Below are positions 51,628 to 64,000 of a stretch of DNA of 64,000 bases, piece by piece. Source of the DNA: Azolla caroliniana (taxonomy: Eukaryota; Plantae; Polypodiophyta). The notes beneath the pieces are model-generated. The model saw only the letters and a list, made by a program, of their open reading frames with translations. It was not told the origin of the DNA and did not search any database. Where the stretch lies: assembly GCA_043228905.1 (NCBI GenBank), contig JBHGNT010000007.1, positions 2,418,001 to 2,482,000 on the forward strand. Reading direction: 5' to 3'. Each line of letters starts with the position of its first letter. Within the stretch, counting starts at the first letter, position 1. The translations under genes and the position numbers were made by a program.

Positions 51628-53392
51628 AACACATATCACCTAATCTTCCGTTGCTCACATACAATATTAACTACTCACATAATTAGACACTAATTAACCC
51701 TTAATTAATTACCTAATTATTAACAACATACTTTTAAAATGGAGATTAGATTTACTATTTCTTAGTGTTCATAGAGAGGCCAATATTGACCCATAGGACA
51801 ACACAAGATTTTTTGATGTGTCTCCTTACTAAGAAGGTATATCCATACTTTGAAGCACAAAATCTCAATGTATGAAGAAAGTATACACATATGAGCTCAA
51901 CCTTGTAGGCGTTCTCTTTACTGTGACACTCAAGTCATCACCCCTTCTAAAATGTCATCATAGCTTTCATGAATTGAACTATATGTTGAGCATGTAAAAA
52001 GCAAGTGTCATTCATCCTCTACAAGCAACTCATTATATACCTTATGCACTTAATTTCTTGTCTAATGCAACTTCAACACCTAGTTTGTGTACTAAAGTGC
52101 TCGGGAGTGTGAGGGTTCTTCAAGGATTGATACTCATGCTAGTAATGATATAATGTTGAATACAATCAATAGGCACTCTTGCCTTGTATCAAACCCAACA
52201 TTCAACGTTTATGTTTGCAATGCAATATTCTCTTATTCCTTAGTGTTCCATTAACCTTTCCTCAGTAACAACTAACAGCATATTTCAAGGCATCAATTGA
52301 AAGCTTCAAGAGATCTGCTACATCCATATTTTGAACCATGTTTTGTTCTTTATTTATTAATTTTTATTAATTCTTAACCGTTGTATATTGGATAAACATG
52401 TGAACCATGTTTTGATTTTTTTATTGATTCTTAACTCTTGCGTATTGGTTAAAACATCCTGTTAATATAGAATTTGTAAGTTCCAAATCCCTGCAAGCTA
52501 AGCTTTTATCTGAATATTGCAACATTAATTGCCACAATACAGGATGACAGTAAAATACATATCTCACACTAACACCAGGTGTAACACATTTACCTGAATA
52601 CTATCAATCCTTCATAGGTATACATTCCAAAGTTCTTCAAAAGTCTATTTCTTGTGTTCTCCTTTCTATGCATAATAATTTTTTATGTCATCATTAAGAA
52701 AAAGCTAAGTCTAATTACACTCAATAGTCATGATCAAGCTTGCTTTCAAAAAATAAATCTGCACTAAACCAATTTTAAAATATTATAATACAAACTCAAT
52801 TTCCAAAAACCTCAATTAACAAGGCATTGGAAATTAGATCAGAAATAAACTTTCAGTTTTCTTCAAAGCCATGACAAGCTAATAGGCACTAATTTGTTGC
52901 ATCTGAACTCATAAATTATGAAAAGCTGATAAATAATTCCAGGCTTGCAGAATTCCATACAAGTGATGTCAATATGTTATATGATACCTGGTCTATCTAA
53001 CAAACAAATTTTTAGTCTATAATATAGCAAGTCATAACAAGCAAATGAATAGATGTCTGCAAAGTCACACTATACATTAATATTGGATATCCAGACCTAT
53101 ATTCACAACTACATATTCAGGCAAACCAATGTGAGACCTGGGACCATGTTGTGATGGAGCACCAATGTTTTAAACATTGGCTAGCTCATATCTGCTCCAG
53201 GTGTTTTCTATGCACTAATACAGATGTGCATAACATGACCAAGGCATGAAAAAGCTATCAGAGTGCCGATCCAGATCACAGTATTTGAATGACACATACA
53301 TCCTCTGTTAAGTTAAAAGCCTATTTCTCTAACACGTCAAGAGTAACCAAGCACACTACACAAACTGTACAGCTTTTTCAAGACTATTCGCT

Positions 53393-55522
53393 TTATTTCT
53401 TTCCCCTGAGCTTTGTTCCCAACACTCTCTCCAACTTGGATATGATCTGCTGGTTAGGTATTGCTTTACCAGATTCATACTCTTGTATTATTTGGGGTTT
53501 CTCATTAATTTGCTGCGAGTAAAAATAAAGCATATTGAGAAGAAAGAGGAATCATCAACACAAGAGTAGAGTATTATGAGAATAAAAAATCATGCTAAAA
53601 AACCAAAATCCTATTAATGTACCTTCGCAAGTTCTGCTTGAGTGAGCTTTTTATCAAGACGAGCTTGCATTATTGCTTTCTTAAGATCTGAAGATACTCT
53701 CTCATCTAGAAGAGGAAACATGGGGAAAACACAGAACAATACAGCAAATTTAGAATGGATTTGAACATACACTTATGTGTAATAAACATAAAAAATTTAA
53801 CATAACTTACGAGCAAGTTCTTCAGTCTCCTCAGCTAGTTTTTTTGTATTCAGTCCAGGGGTAATAGTAGATGATTTGTTGGATCCCGCATTAACTATTA
53901 CAAAATATAAAAATAATTATCAAAAGGAACATAAATAACCAATACTTACTCCATCCAAGATGCACAAAAACACTAGATTCATTGTATTACCCTAATATCT
54001 TGAGCAAAAGATGAAAGATCGCAATAAATAAAATGTTGAACCACTAATTCACTCCTATTATTAATGTCGCTAATTCAAACATGCAAAATAGCTAATTCAG
54101 TCTTTTACAATAGATCTGAAGACTTGTCATAAAAATTGTTTTAGAAGTCTTCATTGTAATTAAGTATGAAAACCAATACTAACTTGCAAAGCCATCATGA
54201 GGATCAAATTTATAACACAGCACCTTTTCTCTTCAGTAATAGTTCATAAACATCTATATTGCTCTTAAAGGTTCAATTTGATTAACAGTTGGCTTTAAAT
54301 ATTTTAAGTTTTGCAGATGGATGATACAAATTTAAGATGCAATCAATTGGCTGTGCATAATTACCACTCATCATCTCAACATCCCTAGAGCCATCCACAA
54401 GCCTAAAACAACAGCACTTTACTATTCTTTTACTCTTAAACACACCCACGAATTCCTTCAAAAAGAAATTAGCACTACCACAACTTTCGGAGTCTAACAT
54501 AAATAAAGATTAGCTTTCGAGCAAAACCCCTTCCTTACTGAAAACATTTCAACATATTTCACAAAGTGATGCAATAGAAAAAAAACTCTGAACAGGATTA
54601 GTAGCACACGAAAATCATTTCAACCGTAGTATCACCTTTTTCCGACAGTTAAATCTCACGCAGTTCAGATAATAAACAAATGTGTGTTACAAGGACATAA
54701 GATAAAAGTGAATCAATGGAAAAAATGAAATCATGAATCTTCTTCTGCCTCAGGTAATGATTTTATCCCTTCCTAAAGAAACAAATGACTCAAATCGAAA
54801 ACTCTGAACAAATTAATCAACTTCCAGGGAAATATGTAAGTAAATGAAAATTGAAGAAATCGGATCAATTCAAACGCGAAATCAGCGAACCAAAAAGTAA
54901 ACACAAGAACGTTTTTTCTTCGACGTATCAAAAGATGATAAGTAAGAGAACAAAATATGAACAGGCGGAAATGTAAGGGAAGGCGGAAACTTGACTGCCT
55001 GGCTCGAGAGAGAGATTGGAAGGAAAAGCATAAAAAGAAAGAGAAAGGAAAGGCTGAATACATAAGCATCATCGCTGATCAGTCAACAGAAAGAAGAGAC
55101 AACACGATTTTCCACCGCCTCGAAATAAATAATTTACGCAAGAGGAAAAAGAATACGTAAACTTCTCTGCTGTCTGATCAAACGAAAATATGAAGCAAGG
55201 AGCACGAAAACATGAACTACTTCACGATCCGAGAAAATATAGATCATGGTGGAATAACTGACGAAATAAGAATGACAAGGGGAAATACAGTTACTCGCGC
55301 CTTGAGATAAACAAACGAAAGAAAGAAGGAAATGGAATGTGAAATGGAGAAGGGGAAGAAGAGAAGAGAGAGATTCATACATTTCTTCACGGTCTCGATA
55401 GGTCCTCCAGCACGTCTTGCAGCGTTGACAGTCTTCTCATCTCGTTTAGCGGCGGCGGTTGGAGCTTTCTTTCTGATAACGACAGGATCCCAGTCTTGCC
55501 TGATAGGTCCAATTCCAGCCAT
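53393..55522 (-). CDS. MBF1: Multiprotein bridging factor 1 (MBF1a/b-like), 4 exons, 142 aa
   Basis: Exons 55522-55381, 53894-53811, 53705-53623 and 53512-53393 (429 nt, GT-AG, phases consistent) give [107 protein letters not shown]. Confidence 0.97.
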
Positions 55523-55571
55523 GGCGATGGCGATGGAGATGGAGATGGAGATGGAGATGGAGATGGAGATG
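55523..55571 (-). repeat. (TCCATC)n hexamer repeat abutting the MBF1 start codon
   Basis: The plus strand reads (GGCGAT)2(GGAGAT)6 immediately beyond CAT at 55520-55522. Confidence 0.9.
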
Positions 55572-58500
55572 CTTTCTTCGACGTTCGTCTGTCTGTCTGT
55601 CTGTTAGTTCTGTGTCTCTCTGGCTTCTTCGTTCGTTTTCTTTGCTTCTTTGATCTCTCTCTTTCCTTCTTCTGCACGAAAAAGATGAAGTCTCTCGAAC
55701 TTTCTCGAAACTTCCTTCATATTTTTATTTATGTATTTATTTTATCTGTTTTATACACTTTTACTCTCTTTTTTGAAATTCTGGCGTGTTTTGAAAAAAT
55801 TTAAAATGAAATCCATTGAGAGGAGGAAGAAGTAGAAGCAGAAGCAGAAGAAGCCAACCCATCCAAATTTTCCTATATGAAACCCATATATATGCTCGGG
55901 GGAAATGTCCGGTTCATGCCCATCCGACTCATCGTGTCGCTTACACTTGGCCTCTCCACATACTCTAACTCGTGTGTGACAGAAGCCTGCCTTGCACCGG
56001 CGGCTCAAAAAGTACTCCATCTGCCATCGAAGACTCACATGTGAGAAGAGTACATGTTTGTCTGATGGAAAGCCTTGATGCTTATTGGAGGTATGTCAGA
56101 TGCAGTAAGATAGGAATTAATTTGTAAATAAATTTTAGCAAGTGTCTGAAATACCCAATAATGATGATTCCTTGCTATTAAAAGATAATAATCTTTCCAC
56201 CCACAATAGTGTTAATTTCGCTTTCTGGAGGCCTAATATCTAGCCACATACCACACTAAATGTGCTCATGTACCAATCTTATACAAATTAAATAAAGATA
56301 ACCTTTCAGGTTGTTGTAAAGGATATTGAATTGACATTTACAATTTGTTGCTCCCTCAACGACGAGGAATAAAGTGGGTTAGGCCCCAAGATGAAAGCAG
56401 GTCAAGTTTGGTAGGCAGTTAGCTAACGGCAACTTGGGTTTAGCAAGCAAGAATGTGCTAGGATAGGTGCCCCAGGACCAACACTTAAACGGTCCAAGGT
56501 CCCACCACCAAAAGGTCTTGTTCCCACTGTCCTCATTGCTTTATCTCGTATTCCAACAACATCGAAGATAAGTGAAGAATATAATATAAGTAAGGGCACT
56601 CCTCCTTGTCTTGATAAATAAGTTGCAGAGAGGAAGGAAGGAACGAGATTGAAACGTGCCTCAAAATCTATTCATCATTTCCTAGGCCATTTCCAAACAT
56701 CTCAATCACACTATCACAGACGTCCCCAATACAAAGGAGTTGTCCACATCTGGCGTAGAAAAGCAAAAGCATGTTATCCACACCCACTGAGTAGAGAAGA
56801 ATGTGTGTTGGTCCAGTTTGAACCCTTGCATTTTAGTTGAGAAAAATCTTTGACCCTATTCATTTGTTTCTTATGATGTCCTTGATAATGTGTAATACAA
56901 TTATCCATTGATTTCATGTAGATCCTTCTAATACCATGGGACACATCTCCCATATGTTGTGCACTTCGACTATTACGAATAATGTAATAGTAACTTGAGA
57001 CCATGGCATTTAGGAGCATAGGTACTTAATGTATTCCTACTTGATACCTACATAATCTTGAAGCAAATACATAATGTGAACTATCAAGTAAAAACTAAAA
57101 AACTATCATTGCTTAAATACTCAATGTTACATAATATAAACAATATAATTTGACAAAGAAAGTCATTACATAAGCATAACATTGTACCTCTTTGGAATCA
57201 TCTTACTACTCGCATCATCAAAACATGACTCTTCAATCTAGGAATCAACACATCGTATGTGATTGTCAATATCCCAATATTGCCAATAATTTCATCATTA
57301 TTGGGTTGTCATTATCAACGGATTTGTCAATGCTAAGAGGTATGCCACCACCATTCGAGGGTTGCCACTATGGGAAAAGTCACATTACAACTAATGAAAC
57401 CATCAATACACTATTGCTATTGGGGCAACAACCCCCCTGATGGTGATACAACACATTGAATATGCCACTCTCAATCACACAAGTGACGAAGAAGAAGACA
57501 AATGATTACGAATGTGAAGAATGTAGCAAAAAAACACTCACACAAGAGTGCATAAAGACGTGGGACCATAGTCAAACGAACGGTTGATAGTGGAGCGATA
57601 ACACAATTGATGGTTGATGAGTGGTCTTCAAGAGTTGAGCAATAATCAAGCTTATGGTTGAGACTCGAGAGTCGGATGATAACATGGATGACAATTGATG
57701 GTTGATTGTTGTGGAGAATTTTAAGACTTTATCATACATTGTTCTTGATAGTTGTCTTACCTAACTAACATTTTACCAAGATCTATAGGGTAGAAGACAA
57801 CCTCTACTCATTTGTTGGCAAGTCAAGTAGGAGCGAGTGTCAATACACTCATGAGCCTATGAACAAGCACTAAAGAATGAACAAAGTAAGCTCTAATCCT
57901 AATACCTAAATACATACAAGCAAGTTTAAACTCATGTAGTCACTCTTAAACACTATAGGTTAACTATTCAGGAAATATGCAACAAAGGAAAATTTAAGCA
58001 TGATCATCAGGATTAGAAGGTCAAAGTTAAAATCAACCCAAACATTTCATGTGTAAGCTTCAGTATTACAATAGCAAAGAAGAATATTAGAATACATATC
58101 ATAACCTAAAAGGTTGCGAGGACTAGGGGAAGCATAAGGTATATCTCAAGTTCTCTAAAATGTTGGGCAAATGCATAAAGTACTTATCTAAGTCTCATTT
58201 TATAGCATTAGATACTTACAAGTGCCCTTGGGCCTTTTAACATTGATGTTTAAGTCTCTCTATTATATTGTCCTTGTCCTTCTTCCTTTGTTTCTTTCCT
58301 TAGTTTTACATTTGTTCTTTGTTTACAGACAATATTGTTGAGGTGTGTGGAATTCATTAGCAATATTCATAAGTAGACAAAAATAACCCTATCGATGGTT
58401 GAGATTTGTACAATAACTAACTTGACAATTGATTATCGTTGATTGAGATTCGAGCGATCATCAAGTCAAACAATAATTTGGATGACTATCAATAACCATT

Positions 58501-59799
58501 AACCAAGACCCAATTGATTATCGTTGTTTCCCCAAGTCAATAAACAAACGCCATATATCCTCCTGCTTCTTCAGGTAATATCACTTCCCATTAACATCAT
58601 GGCCATATAAAGGGCTATTGAATACATGCTTAAGGTTCAAAAACGTCCCTCATATTGTCTACCTAAAATATAATTGAGACCAAGGAAAAAGATCTAAAAG
58701 ACACATAAAGCAAAAAATTGTATTCTAGTTGGATACAATATATGGAAAAATGGTTTGGATGATGGGATGCAACACACTTGTTTAATGCTGCATCAATATA
58801 TTCCTTTGTGAATGAGGCCTTTTTGTAACACCAATGTATACATGACATGGAAAAATGTGGAGTCCCATGCTTGACACAATACACTACATGTTGCACCTAA
58901 TTATAAAACTATATTCCTTGCCAAATGAGAAAACCACTCACATCAACACATGTTAGAGCCCACCTCGTTGTTTGCCATTTGAACATTTGACTTCATGCAA
59001 CTTAGCTATATGTGAGATGATTATATCAAATGTTTGGAGATTGTAGGGTTGTTAGGTCCATATACCAATGTACCATGTGAATTATGAGATGCAATGTATG
59101 ACGTAACAACGATTCGTGAAAAAAAGGCAGAAGCAAACTGATTGGGCCACAATCGAGATGGTCATGTCAAATGTTCAATATACTAATGTGGCATGTAGAT
59201 GAAGATAAGTGATATATAGCGTAATAAATATGTATGTGAAAGTGGATAGTTTAATCTTATGTTTCTAGCATTAAGAAAACTGCAACCTTTTCATGTCCAA
59301 AATCGTATGTCAAAGAGCATGGATATTCATTCGACAATTAGTATTAACAATGGCTTAAGCAAAATTTGTTGATATCCACAACTTTCTAGTTTGTGTACCA
59401 TCCATGTCCACATAAACATAGGGTTGCTTCGGCTCAAATGAGCCACATTTTTCTAGAGCCAATGTGTGTTTCAACAAGTTTCATGGTGATTTGTTTGTTG
59501 GGAAAAACTCGTATCCATAGGCGAAATCGGTGGATTCTTTGGCATCGTATTGCACACGTCTCCCTATCCAATCTATCTCGAGGTGATAAGAAAAAGATCA
59601 AATCGAATTCAAAGTTTCTAATCGAGACTTGGCCCGCTAAAGAGCTAAATCAACCTCTATAACACTCTTCATGCCTTTGCATCAAATAATTGTGTACCAC
59701 GTGAGCACAAACTTCCATCATAAGACATTTGATCCCGTCTATTTATAAGCAAGACCACTTTTCAGATCTACCCACTTTCTTCATGCATTCCATACAATG

Positions 59800-60082
59800 G
59801 TGTGCCGCATCAACATCAATCTTGTATACGGCCAAGTCTGGACCGGGCGAAAAGTGGCAGAATTATTACTACGCTCTTACATTTTCCGGGTCATATAACT
59901 TGATGCCACATCAGCACCGCCTTGAATTGCGACCGAACAAGTGCGTGCCACATCAGCATCGGTTTGCATGACTTTGTTTTGTATCCGACCAGGTCTCGGG
60001 GGCCGCCTTGCGTCGTGCCCAATTAATGGTGTGCCACATCAGCATCGGCTTCCAATAATTGTGTGCCACATCGGCATCGATT
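59800..60082 (+). promoter_or_regulatory. Five copies of TGCCACATCAGCATC-like motif upstream of TPLATE
   Basis: Copies at ~59802, 59904, 59945, 60031 and 60063. A regulatory role is inferred from position only. Confidence 0.5.
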
Positions 60083-60234
60083 TCTTCATGACTTTGTTAT
60101 GGCAGTGAACCAGAGGAACAAGAAGGAAAGAAGAAGAACAGAGCAGCAGGAGAATTTCTCTGTACCCAGCGATTCACATCATCGCCGCCAGAGGGAAAGA
60201 GGAGGGGGGAGGAGGAGATTGATTACGCCCAATC

Positions 60235-62418
60235 ATGGATTCGATGATTCAGATCCGGTTAGATTTAGCTTCCAACGATGCTCTGAGACAATCACAAGCT
60301 CTCCTTACCGCACTTCAGCTCGCCGCAGCAGGTAAGGACGTATCCTCTGTTTCTAGATCTGCTTGTGATGAGATCATAGCCAGCCCTGCAAATGCAGTAT
60401 GCAAAAAGCTTGCTTTTGACCTTATTAGAGGAACTAGACTTACTTCCGAGCAATGGGAAACCGTGTGTCGTGGAATTAAGAATGATTTCGACTTTCCTGA
60501 TCCGGATGTCACCGCCGCCGGAGTTTCCTTTTTGGGCGCCATCCCCTCTTGGCGCCTTGGGAAGCTCATTTCCGATTGTAATAAAGAGATCTCGAATTGT
60601 ATCACTAGTGACAATCAACACCTTCGGTATGCAATAACTGAGACATTAGGATGTATTCTTGCACGAGATGATGTGGTTACACTATGTGAATCAAGTGCTC
60701 CTTTGTCGGACAAGGTTAGTAATTGGTGGATGCAGATTGGTCAAACTATGCTTGATGTATCGGATGCGGTTTCTCGGGTAGCTTTTGAGGCAGTTGGAAG
60801 GCTATTTCTGGAATTTAGTACTAAGAGAATGAGCCGACTAGCAGGTGATAGGCTCATTTCTACTGAAGCTTCTTTAGCTATTCGATCCAATTGGGTCATT
60901 TCCATGTGCAAATTTGTATGGGAAAAGAGAAACCTACTCATGGCTCGATCTTTAGTGCTTCCTACTGAGAGCTTTGGTTCAACCGTGCAACCCTTAGTTT
61001 TTGCTATTAAAGCTGTTGCAACTGGAATGGTGGAAGAAATGCAAGCCATTTCAGGAGGAGATGGTAGCCCTCGAGGTCCTATGGGCGAGAGAGACTTTGT
61101 GAATGCTGAAAGGATATTGGCTGTTTCAGATCTGGTTTCACACTTGGTACCATTCCTTTCCTCTTTAGATCCTGCATTGGTCTTTGAAGTGGGAATCAAT
61201 CTGCTTTCACTTGCTGATGTTCCTGGAGGAAAACCCGAGTGGGCATCAGCGTCCATTACAGCAATTTTGACTCTATGGGATCGGCAGGAATATATCGCTG
61301 GTCGAGAAAGTATTGTTAAGGCAGTAGTTCAGAATCTTCAACTCCTTGATTTACACATGCAAGTTTCTTTGTTTAAACGGTTGCTGACAATGGTAAGGAA
61401 TTTAAGGCTCGAGGCTGATCGAATGCATGCATTAGCATGCATTTGTCGCACAGCTTTGTGTGTAGACTTATTTGCGAGAGAGAGTGTGAGGAGAGGTCAA
61501 AAACCTCTTCCTGGAACAGATATTGCATCATTATTTGAAGACCCAAAGACGAAAGAGGATCTCACAAATGCAAGTAGCTCTAGCCTCTTCCGAGAGGAGC
61601 TAGTTGCATGTTTAGTAGAAAGTTGTTTTCAGCTCTCATTACCTCTTCCGAGGCAAACTTCTTCAGGAACTGAAAGTAGGGTGATTGGTGCCTTAGCATA
61701 TGGTGCAGGTTATGAAGCTATGAGTTGGACTCAGACTGCCCTTGAGGTTGTGGAAGTTTGTAAGCCTTGTATTAAATGGGATTGTGAAGGAAGAACCTAT
61801 GCTATGGATTGTTACCTCAAGCTTCTGGTGAGGCTATGCCATATCTATGATACAAGAGGGGGAGTAAAGAAAATTAAAGATGGAGCAACTCAAGAACAGA
61901 TTTTGAATGAAACTCGTCTCCAAATGTTACAGCGTGAACTAGTGAAAGACTTATCTGAGGTAATATTCTTGTAGATGAAAAAATATATTTTAATAATTGG
62001 TTGGTAATATTATCAAATTGAACATGGCTATATTGGCTATTTATGACGATCAGGTATCCACATCAAGGCTTTTGGCAAGACTGATTTGGGCACTTGGAGA
62101 GCATTTTGACTTGCATGGTCTGGATCCCCTTCTTGCAGATGATCCTGAAGATCCTCTCAACATAGTTGTTGCAAATGTTCACAAAGTGCTTTTCAATGGC
62201 GATTCACCATTGAATGTATCAACAAACAGGCTTCAGGATGTCCAAGCAGTATTACTGTGTGCTCAACATCTTGGTTCACGGTATCCTAGAGCTGCGCAGC
62301 TATTCACAAAGGAATTAGAAGATTTTCGCAATAGCACTTTCTCTGACTCCGTCAGCAAGCATCAATGTCGTCTGATCTTACAGATATTTCAGCATACTTT
62401 AAAGCACCCGGAGTCCAG
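60235..62418 (+). CDS. TPLATE: TPLATE (TPLATE/TSET endocytic adaptor complex large subunit), exons 1-2; gene continues beyond window
   Basis: The N-terminus LASNDALRQSQALL..EIIASPANAVCKKLAFDLIR and internal DFDFPDPDVTAA and LADVPGGKPEWA are characteristic of TPLATE. Exon 1 is 60235-61959 (GAG|GTAATA) and exon 2 is 62054-62418 (CAG|GTATCC..CCAG|GTTAGA). No further exon was recognised before 64000. Confidence 0.96.
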
Positions 62419-64000
62419 GTTAGAATTTCTTCACCAGATTTGGGTTCCATGAGGTGTGGCTTACAATAGATTTCAGGCATATCAGACTGATGGACATCAG
62501 TGGTCTATTCTACGCATTGGTTAAGCTCAGATATTAATTGATCTTATTTTATTAAGAAATAGTGCTAGTGAAGGGAGTTCAAAAGTTTCTTTTCACATAT
62601 TCAGTGTTTTTTTCTCTTTTCAACATTAGGTGCTTGCAGTATAATAATAATTATTGCTGCTTGAAATTGTGTCCCTTGAAGTGTTTGTCGAGAAAAAGAT
62701 TTGAGTTGATTCTAATGGAATATTCTTAATTTGAAACAGTGGGAATGCTAAAACTTTAGTGGTGGAACTGACTGAGGATTGGGATATGTTGTATAATGAG
62801 AGAAAGAATATATTAATGTCTTTTAAAAGGCTAAAAGAAATATAGCTAGATTAATAATACTGCCTAGGGTAACAGGTACCCCTGTCTTCTGTGAAAGGAA
62901 GATACATTACATATTTTAAGAGGCCAAAATGAGACCGAATAAGAGATTATATCTTAAACTAATGTCTCATTTTGGATAATAAACGAAAATAAATATAGCT
63001 AGATTAGTAAAACTTCCTACAATATAAGATGTTCCCATTAGCTAAGTACTTAACCTTGTGAGCTTAGATGAACTGAAATTCCAGTCTTGGAAAGATCAAT
63101 GTGCAGAGATCCAAGATGGAGAGGTCTCCAAAGTGAGGAAACAATCTTTGATGGCGTGTGGTGATAATACCTTGATTTGTTGATAACAAGGGTGACAGGG
63201 TTGTGGTTCAGATGGATGTAGTCTATGTGCTTGTCAAATTGCATTTGCCTGATCTATTGCAACCCCTTTGAAATGTTGGAGACAAGACCCTATTTTTGCA
63301 GCTGTCAATTTGGATACTAGCATGGAACTGTAAAATGAAAGAAAGGTTATACCACCTTCTCTGTGTAGCTGAAATGGCCTACGAGATAACAAACTGTACC
63401 AATCATGACATCAAGACTGTGTTAGGTGAACTAAAAACTACAAAATCATCTACTAAATAAATGACAAAGCTATCCTTGTGATAGGTACTGAACAAGGCTA
63501 TCAAAGAGGTGCATGATACAACATCCAACATAAGATTATTAATGACACAGTATATTAAGATGATTTACATAGGTCTTTGCATCATGTTAGGTATCTGTGC
63601 CTCATCATAGGATCACAGAAGTAGATCCTGAAAGTGAGTGATGATAGACTGAATCTGACTGTAATATCTGCCTCTCAAATCTCCTCTATGGTTTAATATA
63701 GAAATCTCAGTGGCTCTTTGGAGTCACACCTCAAACATGCTCATATTCCCAATGCATGTTGTAGAGGGATTTGAGAATACTAGTAGAACAATAGCTGAAA
63801 GGTGTGGAGGGTCAAAATAGTCGGTGACTAACTGCTGTGTGTTACGGGCATGACCATATAATATCCTGTGGTAAGATTTTACCGTAGTATTCTATACACA
63901 TGGATATAAAGTGTGAGGGTTAAACAAGAGTGTAAAGAAGGGAAGGATTACTTTTAATCCTTGGGATTGAGACAACCCTTTAAGGCCAAGTGTGAACTTG

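Noticed and set aside
51234-51728. Possible solo LTR (TGTTG...CAACA)
   Set aside because: The termini fit, but there is no convincing TSD and no second copy in the window.
55523-60234. Bidirectional promoter shared by MBF1 and TPLATE
   Set aside because: The genes are divergent but 4.7 kb apart, with repeat-like DNA between them. Nothing in the sequence supports shared control.
60292-61256. Antisense ORFs within TPLATE exon 1
   Set aside because: They are shadow frames of a long coding exon.

Overview
Eukaryotic land-plant nuclear DNA: AT-rich, with GT-AG introns, microsatellites and many transposon relics. A fern such as Ceratopteris is plausible, but that is inference only. Four host genes are supported. 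(1) The 5' part of a family-1 UDP-glycosyltransferase (minus, runs off the left edge, absent from the ORF track). (2) A 16-exon, ~2400-aa MOM1-type silencing factor (minus, 9645-28051). It keeps the ancestral CHD3 layout (PHD, two chromodomains, both SNF2 lobes), but its ATPase motifs are degenerate, and it adds CMM1, CMM2 and a C-terminal SIM. (3) A complete 4-exon MBF1. (4) The first two exons of TPLATE. Mobile DNA includes a full-length but decayed Ty1/copia element 162 bp upstream of the UGT start, two solo LTRs, a young hAT-type MITE with perfect TIRs and TSD, several 5'-truncated LINEs, gypsy and LINE RT relics, and a probable PPR retrocopy. There are also a near-perfect 244-bp tandem duplication and several mini- and microsatellites. 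No CRISPR array, rRNA or tRNA gene was seen. I found no convincing wholly new multi-gene system. The most interesting items are the pseudo-ATPase MOM1, the copia insertion separating the UGT from an ABRE cluster, a shared uncharacterised LINE C-terminal domain, and a LINE embedded in a microsatellite.
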